The notes beneath the pieces are model-generated. The model made no database searches and was not told the origin of the DNA. It saw nothing but the letters and a program-made list of their open reading frames with translations. The position numbers and the translations under genes were made by a program. A stretch of DNA of 62,411 nt, the filler included. It is 10 parts of 10 records of this genome, joined end to end, with 100 filler letters (N's around TTAATTAATTAA, not from the genome) between each part and the next. Parts side by side here need not be neighbours in the genome. Positions count along the whole stretch, not along the records: positions 31,298 to 36,863 come from SRR31147125_72225; positions 36,964 to 44,013 come from SRR31147125_72243; 8 more parts are not named here. One strand, 5' to 3'. This document shows, in pieces, positions 31,938 through 41,172 of the stretch (position 1 is the stretch's first letter; each line of letters starts with the position of its first letter).

Positions 31938-32516
31938 TTATTTTTGCGCTGCTAGCTCTATGATCCTTTTTGCGATGTCTTTCATAGAAACCCTGGAGTC
32001 CATGCTCATCTTCTGTATACGTCTGTAGGCTTCTGCTTCAGAGATGCTCTTCATCTTCATCAGGATCCCTTTTGCACGTTCTATGAGCTTTCTGTCCTGC
32101 ATGCCCTTCTTCAAAGTGAAAAGCTCGTGGCTTAGCTTGCGCATGCGGTTCCTGCTTTGTGTCACTGCATCTATCGTGCTTAGAAGAGCTACTCTGCTGA
32201 CAGGCTTCTGAAACATCGTTATGTCGTAGTCCTCAACCTGCCCTATGCAGAACTCTCTCTGAGCACTCGTCAGCAGTAATATTATACTACACAGGTTTTC
32301 ATCGCCGACTATCCTTGCTGCTTCAAGGCCGGTCATATCCGGCATGTCAAAGTTTATCAGCAGTATGTCCGGCGGGTTGAATCGGACTCTTCTTAGCATC
32401 TCGTTTGCAGAGATACAGACATCTGCAACACTGTAACCATTGTGCTGCAGCGCATATTTAATTTTTTCAGCAGTCTGCGCTTTTGGCACAGCCACTGTTA
32501 TTCGTGTATTCTCCAT
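31938..32516 (-). CDS. ANTAR-domain regulator with a degenerate (pseudo-)receiver domain, NitR-like
   Basis: C-terminal RKLIERAKGILM..SEAEAYRRIQKMSMD. The receiver has VAVPK in place of the acidic pocket and LINFDMP (Asn at the apparent phospho-Asp position). Confidence 0.9.
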   Translation of the reverse strand: MENTRITVAVPKAQTAEKIKYALQHNGYSVADVCISANEMLRRVRFNPPDILLINFDMPDMTGLEAARIVGDENLCSIILLLTSAQREFCIGQVEDYDITMFQKPVSRVALLSTIDAVTQSRNRMRKLSHELFTLKKGMQDRKLIERAKGILMKMKSISEAEAYRRIQKMSMDSRVSMKDIAKRIIELAAQK

Positions 32517-32521
32517 CAAAC

Positions 32522-32541
32522 AAGCTCCATCGTTGCAGCTT
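32522..32541 (-). promoter_or_regulatory. ANTAR-type hexaloop hairpin sequestering the RBS of the ANTAR gene
   Basis: Minus strand AAGCTGC-AACGAT-GGAGCTT; loop has A1/G4 and the GGAG RBS, 8 nt from the ATG, lies in the 3' arm. Confidence 0.55.
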
Positions 32542-32566
32542 CTTTAAAGCGGCTTAGTATTGCCTT

Positions 32567-32595
32567 ATTATATCGAATTTTTTCAGTTTCCACAA
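32567..32595 (-). promoter_or_regulatory. Putative proximal sigma70/A promoter
   Basis: TTGTGG-17 bp-TATAAT on the minus strand. Confidence 0.45.
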
Positions 32596-32631
32596 TACAC
32601 CAGTCCTTTTATACATTCGATACAGACAATT

Positions 32632-32681
32632 AAAAAGGCGCTTGCTAAAAGAGATTACTCTTTCTCACAAACGCCTTCGTT
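32632..32681 (-). terminator. Leader terminator overlapped by a hexaloop hairpin (ANTAR-like attenuator)
   Basis: Minus strand AAC-GAAGGC-GTT overlaps the 5' arm of AAGGCGTTTG..AAAGAG-TAAT-CTCTTT..CAAGCGCCTT-TTT. Confidence 0.7.
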
Positions 32682-32692
32682 CATTAATGCAT

Positions 32693-32720
32693 ATTATAGC
32701 ACACATTTTGCAAAAATCAA
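32693..32720 (-). promoter_or_regulatory. Distal sigma70/A promoter with extended -10
   Basis: TTGATT-16 bp-(TGc)TATAAT immediately upstream of the leader terminator. Confidence 0.6.
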
Positions 32721-32831
32721 GTGTTTTTTGCAACTTTTTATTCAATATAATTCAATTTATGCTTTTTAGATATAAAATATGACTGTTTTCTTATACAAAA
32801 CGAAGTTTCCTTCCTTGTCTCTTGCAAAATT

Positions 32832-33815
32832 TTATATCTCGTCAACGACTTTCTTAGGAACTTTAGAGAAAAGCGTGCTGACAGACGTTTTCTCGTGGAT
32901 CCTAAACACAGCTTCTGCAAACAGCGGCGCTACTGAAACCGACACAAACATATCGCTGCTTGCAGTATATGGATTCTTTACGCTGTCCGTTCCAATGAGC
33001 ATCTCTATCGGGCTCTCTTCAATCGCTTTTACACCCTTTTCCCTGAGTATCGCATGGCTGAGGCACGCTATTATCCTCTTTGCGCCTTTGGCTTTAACGG
33101 CATTCGCTATCTCGATAAGCGTTCCTCCCGAAACAGAGAAGTCATCAACTATCATACAGTTCTTGCCTTTAACATCGCCTATGATATCAAGTATCTTTGC
33201 CTTCTCGCTGTGGTCAACTCTCGTCTTGTCGCCTATCGCAACGGGCACATGCAGATAATCGGCGTATTTCCTTGCCGTTTTAGCATATCCGGCATCCGGT
33301 GAAACAACACACATGTTTTCCATTATGTCGAGTCCTTTAACGTATTCACACATAATAGGAAGAGACAGAAGATGGTCGGTCGGCTTTTTGAAAAATCCCT
33401 GAACTTGAGCGCTGTGAAGGTCCATCGTTACAACACGGTCTGCACCTGCAAGCTCTATGCTTTCCGCACATACTCTTGCACGTATGCTTACACGTGGTTC
33501 ATCTTTTTTATCACCTTTTGCATAACTGAAATATGGTATGATTGCTGTTACAGAGTTTGCGCTTGCTCGTTTGAGAGCGTCCATCCAGAAGAGAATCTCA
33601 ACTAGTTCGTCGTTAGGATTCATGCCGATCGGCTGTACTACGTATACGTCTTTGTTTCGTACGGTCTCTTTTATTCTTATAAAGATATTCCCGTCCGAGA
33701 AGTTTATAACTTCCGAGTCACCAAGTTCGCTGCCAAGATATTTACACATCTTCTTTGAAAATCCGATGCCTGATGACCCCGCAAATATCTTAATGTCACC
33801 GCCTAAGGAAATCAA
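32832..33815 (-). CDS. prs: Ribose-phosphate pyrophosphokinase
   Basis: FSDG, PYFSYAKGDKK, DLHSAQVQGFF, VSPDAG, IVDD..SGGT. Confidence 0.95.
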   Translation of the reverse strand: MISLGGDIKIFAGSSGIGFSKKMCKYLGSELGDSEVINFSDGNIFIRIKETVRNKDVYVVQPIGMNPNDELVEILFWMDALKRASANSVTAIIPYFSYAKGDKKDEPRVSIRARVCAESIELAGADRVVTMDLHSAQVQGFFKKPTDHLLSLPIMCEYVKGLDIMENMCVVSPDAGYAKTARKYADYLHVPVAIGDKTRVDHSEKAKILDIIGDVKGKNCMIVDDFSVSGGTLIEIANAVKAKGAKRIIACLSHAILREKGVKAIEESPIEMLIGTDSVKNPYTASSDMFVSVSVAPLFAEAVFRIHEKTSVSTLFSKVPKKVVDEI

Positions 33816-34002
33816 ATTATTACCCCTATTCTTTGTCTTTGGTTTTTTATTTAAACCTGCTTTTCCGCTTTGAAAAACAGCATTTATTTACGAAGCCATT
33901 GTAACACTAAAGCCCATTTCAATCAATATCTATACGAATTTAATTTATCCCAAATAATAAAAGTTCGGTTTTTAAAAATACATAAATAATAGTTTTGTTA
34001 GA

Positions 34003-34824
34003 TTAAGTACAAACAATACCGAGTTCTCTTAAACTTTTCTTAAGAAACTCGCCTCCTCTTTGCTCCTGACCAATGTTGGTATCAAGCTTTGACGCCCCGT
34101 GAAAATCGCTTCCGGCTGTAACGAAAAACCCGTTTCTCTTTGCATAGTTTTCATACATCCTGCACTGACCGGCAGAATGTGAAGGGTGATATGCCTCTAT
34201 CCCCCAGAAACCAAATTCCTTAAGCTTTCCGGAAAGGTCTCTCCATACTGCGCCGGACATCTGCCCCGGATGTGCAAGCACAGGCATTCCTCCCGCTTCT
34301 TTTATTAGTTCCGCCGCCATTTGTACATCAACTTTTTCTCTTGGCACATAACACTTTGCATCCCGCTCAAGAAAGCGTGTAAAAGCCTCTTTGACAGACC
34401 CAACTACACCTTTTTTGATAAGAGCGTCAGCGATATGCGGACGACCGACGACGTCACCTTTGCACTCGTCAATAACTTCTTCCATCGTAACGTCTATGCC
34501 AAGGTCGTTAAGCTTTTCGACCATCTTTTCCGCACGTACCTTTCGGCACCTGTTCTGCCGTTCAATGTGTGCCGCAAGACTCTTGTTTGTACAGTCGATG
34601 TTATATCCAAGCACATGCGCTTCGCCTCTGAAATCCGCTGAAAGCTCTATACCGCAGACAACTGTCAAATCCTTTTGTTCCCCAACATCAATACAGCCCT
34701 TGCATTCGTCGTGGTCTGTAATGGATACAGCACACAGCCCAATCTGCTTTGCTCTGTCAATAACCTCTTTTGGCGTAAGGCTTCCGTCTGAATATGTTGT
34801 GTGAAGGTGAAGGTCTACTTTCAT
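34003..34824 (-). CDS. PHP domain metal-dependent phosphoesterase (YciV/TrpH-like)
   Basis: DLHLHTTYSDG, ITDHD, GRPHIA, LAHP, GSDFHG. Confidence 0.93.
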   Translation of the reverse strand: MKVDLHLHTTYSDGSLTPKEVIDRAKQIGLCAVSITDHDECKGCIDVGEQKDLTVVCGIELSADFRGEAHVLGYNIDCTNKSLAAHIERQNRCRKVRAEKMVEKLNDLGIDVTMEEVIDECKGDVVGRPHIADALIKKGVVGSVKEAFTRFLERDAKCYVPREKVDVQMAAELIKEAGGMPVLAHPGQMSGAVWRDLSGKLKEFGFWGIEAYHPSHSAGQCRMYENYAKRNGFFVTAGSDFHGASKLDTNIGQEQRGGEFLKKSLRELGIVCT

Positions 34825-35201
34825 TTTTTCGATTCTGCCTTGCTGATAAATTTTTCTTCGTCTATTATAAACCGCTCGTGAACTGCCGTGCCGATAAGTT
34901 CTCTTTCATCATAGGCCTCTATCTTAAACGTCAGCTTTTTACGGTCAATATCCGTAAGCGTAGCATTTGCCCATACTTTCATGCCTATGGGCGTCGCTGC
35001 CAAATGCTTTGCGTTTATACTGATGCCGACTGTAGACTGCCCCGCTTCAAGCTCGTCCTGCACCGCAGTGTACGCTGCATTTTCCATCAGCGATATCATA
35101 GACGGCGTAGCAAAAACCTCTGCAAGACCGCTTGCCACAGCCTTTGCAGTATCCTTATACTCCACCGTTTTCTCTATCTTTGCCGTTAGTCCTGTTCTCA
35201 T
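34821..35201 (-). CDS. Hotdog thioesterase, FlK-like
   Basis: VFATPSMISLME, HLAATPIG and H.RFII match the FlK Thr/Glu/His pattern. Confidence 0.85.
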   Translation of the reverse strand: MRTGLTAKIEKTVEYKDTAKAVASGLAEVFATPSMISLMENAAYTAVQDELEAGQSTVGISINAKHLAATPIGMKVWANATLTDIDRKKLTFKIEAYDERELIGTAVHERFIIDEEKFISKAESKK

Positions 35202-35211
35202 AAAATCTCCT

Positions 35212-35661
35212 TTAGCTGAACGTGTTCTTTACACGCTGCGATCTATATAAAGCGATAACAAACGCAATCAAAACTCCTGCTCCGATAACAAGAGCCACAG
35301 CTCCCCAAACTCTAAGGAAACTAACCATGGTTTCAGTATAATTCATATCCGAGTTCGTTCCGAAAAAATAATACAGCACACTAAAAGCCGACGATACTAT
35401 ACTTAACAGTACAAACAGCGGTCTAAAGCTTAATCGCTTTTTATAGAACAGTATCATGCAAACCACGGATATAAGTAAATCCGCTGCATTTAAAAACACG
35501 TAATACGGCACGTACTCTTTAATCAATGCAACTTCATCTATAGCCATACTAAAAACAATGTTTTGTAAAGCTACCATTACTGTCAAAAAAATATATATTT
35601 GGAATAGCACCAGCCAGCCGCCAAAGCCCTTAAGCTCTTTTTGTTTTGCTATTTCAATCAT
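35212..35661 (-). CDS. DUF2569-like membrane protein (paralog B)
   Basis: GFGGWL at the N-terminus, TM helices, SQRVKNTFS at the C-terminus. Confidence 0.7.
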   Translation of the reverse strand: MIEIAKQKELKGFGGWLVLFQIYIFLTVMVALQNIVFSMAIDEVALIKEYVPYYVFLNAADLLISVVCMILFYKKRLSFRPLFVLLSIVSSAFSVLYYFFGTNSDMNYTETMVSFLRVWGAVALVIGAGVLIAFVIALYRSQRVKNTFS

Positions 35662-35671
35662 AATCGTCCCT

Positions 35672-36202
35672 TTAACTGAACGTGTTCTTCACACGTTTAG
35701 ATTTATACAGCGCTATTATAAAAGCAATCATGATGCCTAGCATCGGCAGCAAACCAAACGCTATGAAAAAGACGGTGAATACGCCCGTGAAAGGGCCTGC
35801 ACTGCCAAGCGAACCAGCAAATATATTTGCCATATTTCTTATCATATAAACGTATAATAATATCATTCCTGCACAGTATATTACGGATTCAATTATAAAG
35901 AATATCCTGAATATAAGTTTCTTTTTATAAAAGAATATAACGCAGAGCAGCGTCAGCACGAAGATAACACCAGCAAATGCGAAAACAACAGGTGAAGTAT
36001 ATATCTTCAAAATATCAATATTCTGCAGTCCATGTGAGTAAAAAGGCTCTGTCAAAAACATTCTTTTGAAAAACATACCCAGCAGCGGAAACAACACCAT
36101 CATCTGAGCGGTTCCTGCAAGAGTGTTCCATATCTGTATCTGGAACAGCACCAGCCATCCGCCGAGGCCTTTTAGCTCCTTACCGTTTACAACTTCGCTC
36201 AT
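35672..36202 (-). CDS. DUF2569-like membrane protein (paralog A)
   Basis: GLGGWL at the N-terminus, TM helices, SKRVKNTFS at the C-terminus. Confidence 0.7.
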   Translation of the reverse strand: MSEVVNGKELKGLGGWLVLFQIQIWNTLAGTAQMMVLFPLLGMFFKRMFLTEPFYSHGLQNIDILKIYTSPVVFAFAGVIFVLTLLCVIFFYKKKLIFRIFFIIESVIYCAGMILLYVYMIRNMANIFAGSLGSAGPFTGVFTVFFIAFGLLPMLGIMIAFIIALYKSKRVKNTFS

Positions 36203-36219
36203 ATCATTGCTCCTTTACG

Positions 36220-36681
36220 TTATTTTCCGCAGCAATCGGACGGATACAAGACTTCGTCTTTGCCTACCGACATAGCATAGTGCGGTCTTCCCGCTTCCAT
36301 GAACTCTTCGCCATGCCCCTTGAATCCGAATTTTTCATACAACGGCATTATATACGTTTGTGCGTTTATATTCACCGTCTGCGCTCCGGAATTGAAAGAT
36401 TTATATAGCAGCATCCTAACTGCAAGGTCGCCGAGCTTCTGTCCCCTGTATTTCTTTTTCACAGCTATCCTGCCTATGCGAAAACCTTTGCCGTCGTGCC
36501 ATATCCGCCCCGTTGCCGCCGGCTGCTCGTCAAGGTATATCACAAGATGCAGTGCATCTTCGTCAAAGCCGTCAAACTCCTCTTCCTCCGGGCAGTTCTG
36601 TTCTTCTATGAAAACCTCTCTGCGAATTTCTTCCGCTTCGCTTATGTCTTTGTTACCAGGTATAAAAGTACTGGTTATCAT
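36220..36681 (-). CDS. GNAT acetyltransferase (ElaA/YjcF-like)
   Basis: IRREVFIEEQ, IGRIAV..YRGQKLG, AQ, FMEAGRPH. Confidence 0.9.
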   Translation of the reverse strand: MITSTFIPGNKDISEAEEIRREVFIEEQNCPEEEEFDGFDEDALHLVIYLDEQPAATGRIWHDGKGFRIGRIAVKKKYRGQKLGDLAVRMLLYKSFNSGAQTVNINAQTYIMPLYEKFGFKGHGEEFMEAGRPHYAMSVGKDEVLYPSDCCGK

Positions 36682-36695
36682 AATATCTCCTTGTT

Positions 36696-36863
36696 TTACG
36701 GATTAAGCAGCACTTTCGCTATGTCGAACTTTACGCCGCCTTCCCCTGCTTCCGTATCCACCATAACCACGACCAGCCGTGGATAATATCCGTCCGTCCA
36801 GTATCCTGCAAACCACGATATCTCACGTGACTTGTCGTTGCCTATTTCAGCTGTACCGGTTTT
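36696..36863 (-). CDS. Penicillin-binding transpeptidase, C-terminal fragment
   Basis: Translates to KTGTAEIG..ISWFAGY (KTG motif). Confidence 0.8.
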   Translation of the reverse strand, partial: KTGTAEIGNDKSREISWFAGYWTDGYYPRLVVVMVDTEAGEGGVKFDIAKVLLNP

Positions 36864-37105
36864 NNNNNNNNNNNNNNNNNNNNNNNNNNNNNNNNNNNNN
36901 NNNNNNNTTAATTAATTAANNNNNNNNNNNNNNNNNNNNNNNNNNNNNNNNNNNNNNNNNNNNTTTTTTATTATATTGCAATCCTGAGATTGCGAAGATA
37001 TGTTTTTAACTAAATTGCATTATAACAATGATTTGTAAATAAATTTATTGTTCTGCATAATGTCCCGCTTCATATCTGTGAGCGGGCTTATTTTTAGGAG
37101 GAAGA

Positions 37106-37852
37106 ATGTCAGGACATTCCAAATGGAGTACCATAAAACGTAAAAAGGAAAAGACGGATGCTGCGCGTGGTAAAGTTTTTACTCGCCTGATTAAAGAGAT
37201 CACTGTGGCTGCCCGTCATGGAGGAGGAGATGAGACCGCGAACCCACGTTTGAGGACCGCTCTATTGGCTGCTAAATCTGCAAATATGCCCTCTGCTAAC
37301 ATTGAAAAAGCTATCAAACGTGGAACCGGCGAATTACCCGGTGTCACCTATGAAGAGATAACTTATGAAGGCTATGGGCCTGGTGGCGCAGCACTTTATA
37401 TGGATGTATTGACAGATAATAAAAACAGAACAGTTGCCGAAATTAGACATCTTTTGTCAAAGAATGGCGGTAGTTTGGGGGAAAATGGTAGTGTTGCCTG
37501 GATATTTAGCAAAATAGGTATAATTACAATACCAACTTCTGTTACATCGGAAGATGAGTTAATGCTGGTAGCCCTGGATGCTGGTGCTGAGGATATCGAA
37601 CAAGATGATGATATGTTTCAGGTGAAAACAAAACCCAGTGATCTTGAAACTGTAAAAACAGCTTTAGAGGAGAACGGAATCGCCTTTGATTCAGCTGAAG
37701 TTACTATGGAACCTTCAAGTACAGTCGAAGTTGTTGGGAAAAACGCTGAAACCATGTTGAAGCTTATGGATGCACTTGAAGAACATGATGATGTGCAAAA
37801 TGTTTATTCCAACTTTGATATAGATGACAGTGTTTTTGAAGCAATGAATTAA
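37106..37852 (+). CDS. yebC: YebC/PmpR family protein
   Basis: MSGHSKWSTIKRKK, YEGYGPGG, TDNKNRT, DDVQNVYSN. Confidence 0.97.
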   Translation: MSGHSKWSTIKRKKEKTDAARGKVFTRLIKEITVAARHGGGDETANPRLRTALLAAKSANMPSANIEKAIKRGTGELPGVTYEEITYEGYGPGGAALYMDVLTDNKNRTVAEIRHLLSKNGGSLGENGSVAWIFSKIGIITIPTSVTSEDELMLVALDAGAEDIEQDDDMFQVKTKPSDLETVKTALEENGIAFDSAEVTMEPSSTVEVVGKNAETMLKLMDALEEHDDVQNVYSNFDIDDSVFEAMN

Positions 37853-37860
37853 TCTTTTTT

Positions 37861-38421
37861 ATGATAGTCATTGGGATAGATCCGGGAAGCCGGGTGACGG
37901 GATATGGGATCATTAAAGTGTGTCAATCTGAAGTGTATGAATGTCTTGATTTTGGTGGCATTCAATTACAGAGTGTGAAGCATTTTTATGACCGTCTGAA
38001 AAAAATCTATGATCAGGTAACAAAGCTCATTCAAACGTACGAACCTGATATTGTTGCATTCGAGGATATCTTTTTTAGTCAGAACGTGAAAGCAGCGATG
38101 AAGTTAGGTCAGGCACGTGGAGCTGCCATTATAGCCTCCCTTAATGCTGACAAGCCAGTAGAAATATATTCGCCACGTGAAGTGAAGCAATCTATAACCG
38201 GATATGGGGCTTCTTCTAAAGAGCAGGTACAGAAAATGGTTTCAAGTATTTTGAAAATAGATGGGCCCATATCACCTTTAGATGCTTCTGATGCATTAGC
38301 CATAGCCATTTGTCACGCGAATCGGAAAAAAATAAAAATATTTTTCTATCTTGACTGGTTTTTTTTTGTTTGCCTTTATTCTGATCCAATAGTACTGATA
38401 TTGAATTTGGATTATTTATGA
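37861..38421 (+). CDS. ruvC: Holliday junction resolvase (C-terminal extension probably an artefact)
   Basis: GIDPG, EDIF, LGQARG, KEQV, DASDALAIAICH. Confidence 0.95.
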   Translation: MIVIGIDPGSRVTGYGIIKVCQSEVYECLDFGGIQLQSVKHFYDRLKKIYDQVTKLIQTYEPDIVAFEDIFFSQNVKAAMKLGQARGAAIIASLNADKPVEIYSPREVKQSITGYGASSKEQVQKMVSSILKIDGPISPLDASDALAIAICHANRKKIKIFFYLDWFFFVCLYSDPIVLILNLDYL

Positions 38422-39017
38422 TAGCTTTTATTAAAGGAACGATATTCGAAAAAAATACAACTTTTGTGGTTGTTGAAAATAACGGTATTGGATACAATCT
38501 TTTTATCCCTTTGTCTACTTTTGAAGCGTTGGGTGAGCCAGAGTCAGAAGTGACTTTGCTAACATATTTACATGTTCGCGAAGATGCTTTAACTTTATAT
38601 GGATTTCGTGGAACTGAAGAGCGGGATTTGTTTAAAGATTTGTTGTCTGTTTCCGGGATTGGTCCAAAGCTCGCTCTTGGTATTCTTTCCGGAGCCAAAG
38701 TAAGCGATATTTATCAGTATATTGCTGAGGGTAATCAGGCAGCTTTAACGAAAATACAGGGACTGGGAAAGAAAACTGCACAAAGACTTATCCTGGATTT
38801 GAAGGACAAAGTAGCCGCCAAGCTGGGTGATATGCAATTCGCCACAGTAACAGATGTGGCTGTAGCTCAGGATGTCATGAAAGAAGCCTCGCTGGCATTA
38901 GTTTCTCTTGGGTATAGTAAAGAGGAAGCTCAGGAAAATGTTATTAAAGCGGCAAGGTCTGTTGGCACAGAAGCCACTGTTGAAGAGTTGGTCACAACGG
39001 CCTTAAAAAGTAACTAA
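38418..39017 (+). CDS. ruvA: Holliday junction branch migration protein RuvA
   Basis: HVREDA.TLYGF, VSGIGPKLAL, GLGKKTAQR, ALVSLGY. Confidence 0.97.
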   Translation: MIAFIKGTIFEKNTTFVVVENNGIGYNLFIPLSTFEALGEPESEVTLLTYLHVREDALTLYGFRGTEERDLFKDLLSVSGIGPKLALGILSGAKVSDIYQYIAEGNQAALTKIQGLGKKTAQRLILDLKDKVAAKLGDMQFATVTDVAVAQDVMKEASLALVSLGYSKEEAQENVIKAARSVGTEATVEELVTTALKSN

Positions 39018-39030
39018 GAGCTGAAATTAC

Positions 39031-40059
39031 ATTGAATATAAAGACAGAGCCGTAACTCCACAAAAAACCACTGGTGAGGCAGATTTAGAACTCACTTTAC
39101 GTCCGAGCCGATTTGATGATTTTATTGGACAAGATAAAATCAAAGATAATCTGCGAATTTTCATTCAAGCTGCCCTTGAGAGAAAAGAAGCGCTGGATCA
39201 TGTTATTTTTCATGGCCCTCCCGGACTCGGCAAGACGACGTTGGCTCATATCATCGCGCATCAGCTCGGTTCCAATATCCGCATTACATCCGGTCCGGCC
39301 CTTGAAAGGCCGGGAGATTTAGCCGGACTATTGACAAATCTGGGTGAGCGGGATGTGTTGTTTATTGATGAAATCCATCGTTTGAATCGGGTCATCGAAG
39401 AGTATCTGTATCCGGCTATGGAAGATTTCAAGCTGGATATTATTATTGATAAAGGTGCCAATGCCAGAACTTTGCAATTAAATTTGCCTAATTTTACTCT
39501 GGTGGGTGCCACAACCCGGGCCGGTTTAATCACATCGCCTTTGCGAGCACGATTTGGCGTGCAATTTCGGCTCGATTTTTATAATCCGGATGATTTACGG
39601 CGGGTTATAGAACGTTCTTCGAAAATACTGGAATTTGATATAGAGGAAAGTGCTGCTTATGAAATAGCTCGGCGATCACGAGGTACCCCGAGAATAGCCA
39701 ATAGGCTGTTGAGGCGGGTGCGTGATTTCGCTCAAATAGAAGGAAATAAAACGATCTCGTTGACGCTTGCAAAACAAGCTCTTCTGCGTCTGGATGTGGA
39801 CGAAAAAGGTCTGGATGATATGGATAAGCGTATCATTGTATCCATGATCGATAAATTTAATGGCGGTCCTGTCGGATTGAGTACATTGGCAGTTGCGATC
39901 GGTGAAGAGACTGATACAATTGAAGAACTGTACGAACCCTATCTGATACAAATGGGATTTCTCAACAGAACGCCACGAGGTCGTGTTGCCACGGATTTGG
40001 CATATCAGCATTTTAATCGAACCAGAATTTCACCTCAGCAAAAGAGTTTGTTTGATTGA
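39031..40059 (+). CDS. ruvB: Holliday junction helicase RuvB
   Basis: The frame is open from ATT 39031: [44 protein letters not shown]. Confidence 0.96.
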   Translation: MEYKDRAVTPQKTTGEADLELTLRPSRFDDFIGQDKIKDNLRIFIQAALERKEALDHVIFHGPPGLGKTTLAHIIAHQLGSNIRITSGPALERPGDLAGLLTNLGERDVLFIDEIHRLNRVIEEYLYPAMEDFKLDIIIDKGANARTLQLNLPNFTLVGATTRAGLITSPLRARFGVQFRLDFYNPDDLRRVIERSSKILEFDIEESAAYEIARRSRGTPRIANRLLRRVRDFAQIEGNKTISLTLAKQALLRLDVDEKGLDDMDKRIIVSMIDKFNGGPVGLSTLAVAIGEETDTIEELYEPYLIQMGFLNRTPRGRVATDLAYQHFNRTRISPQQKSLFD

Positions 40060-40134
40060 AATTAACAGCTTAATTTTAAATTCATGTTTTAGCTTTACAA
40101 TATAAAAAGATTGGATAAGGGAGGAATAAGCGAA

Positions 40135-41163
40135 ATGAAGCTCTCCGATTTCAAGTATAATCTTCCAGAAAAACTTGTTGCCCAATATCCTAGTGATAAA
40201 CGGGATGGATGTAGATTAATGATGGTTAATAGGGAAAACAAGACCATTGAGCAAGGATTATTTTCTGATGTTATTGATTATATGGAAGAAGGGGATAGCC
40301 TTGTCATTAACCAGACAAAGGTTTTTCCTGCTCGTTTAGAAGGAACAAAGGATAAAACAGACGCTAAAGTAGAAGTTTTTCTATTAAGAGAACTGGAACA
40401 AGGTTTGTGGGAAGTGCTTGTTAAACCTGCCAGAAAAGTACGTGTGGGTAACAAGTTATCCATTGGGGACGAACTTACATGTGATGTTATTGACAATACC
40501 GTGTCTGGCGGACGAGTTGTACGATTTAATTATGAAGGAGATTTCTTCTCCATCGTAGACAAAATTGGCAAATCTCCTTTACCGCCATATATTAAACGTG
40601 AACCCGAACCACTGGACAAAGATCGTTATCAAACCGTTTACGCAGAAATTCGGGGCGCTGTTGCAGCACCTACTGCCGGTTTGCATTTTACCAGTGAGTT
40701 GCTCAAAAAAGTAGAAGAAAAAGGTGTCAAGATTATACCTATCGTTTTACATTTGGGATTAGGTAGTTTTAGACCGGTTGTTGTCGAAGATCTAAGTCGA
40801 CATAAAATGGATTCTGAATTCTATGATATAACTGATAAAGCTGCTGAACAAATTAATGAGACCAAGAAGAACAATAAAAAGGTTATTGCCGTAGGAACAA
40901 GCGTTGTTCGTGGTCTTGAAACCAGCGTTACTTCAGAAGGATGGGCTAAACAAGGACGTGGCTGGACAGACAAATTTATCTATCCCCCGTATGACTTTAA
41001 AATTGTAGATCGGATGATTACGAATTTTCATCTGCCAAGTTCTACTTTACTGATGCTCGTATCTGCATTTGGAGAGCGCGATCTTGTATTTAAAGCATAC
41101 AGAAAGGCTATACGAGATAAATTTACGTTTTACAGTTATGGCGATGCCATGATTATAACCTGA
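40135..41163 (+). CDS. queA: tRNA preQ1 S-adenosylmethionine ribosyltransferase-isomerase
   Basis: PLPPYIKR, RYQTVYA, AVAAPTAGLHF, TNFHLP, YSYGDAM. Confidence 0.97.
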   Translation: MKLSDFKYNLPEKLVAQYPSDKRDGCRLMMVNRENKTIEQGLFSDVIDYMEEGDSLVINQTKVFPARLEGTKDKTDAKVEVFLLRELEQGLWEVLVKPARKVRVGNKLSIGDELTCDVIDNTVSGGRVVRFNYEGDFFSIVDKIGKSPLPPYIKREPEPLDKDRYQTVYAEIRGAVAAPTAGLHFTSELLKKVEEKGVKIIPIVLHLGLGSFRPVVVEDLSRHKMDSEFYDITDKAAEQINETKKNNKKVIAVGTSVVRGLETSVTSEGWAKQGRGWTDKFIYPPYDFKIVDRMITNFHLPSSTLLMLVSAFGERDLVFKAYRKAIRDKFTFYSYGDAMIIT

Positions 41164-41172
41164 TTTATTATA

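Noticed and set aside
29087-35201. crcB plus FlK-like thioesterase as one fluoroacetate-resistance cluster
   Set aside because: They lie on different contigs separated by a linker, and FlK-like thioesterases are widespread.
38325-38421. Novel hydrophobic C-terminal extension of RuvC
   Set aside because: It runs through AT-rich, promoter-like sequence after an A-run and probably reflects a missed stop caused by an indel.
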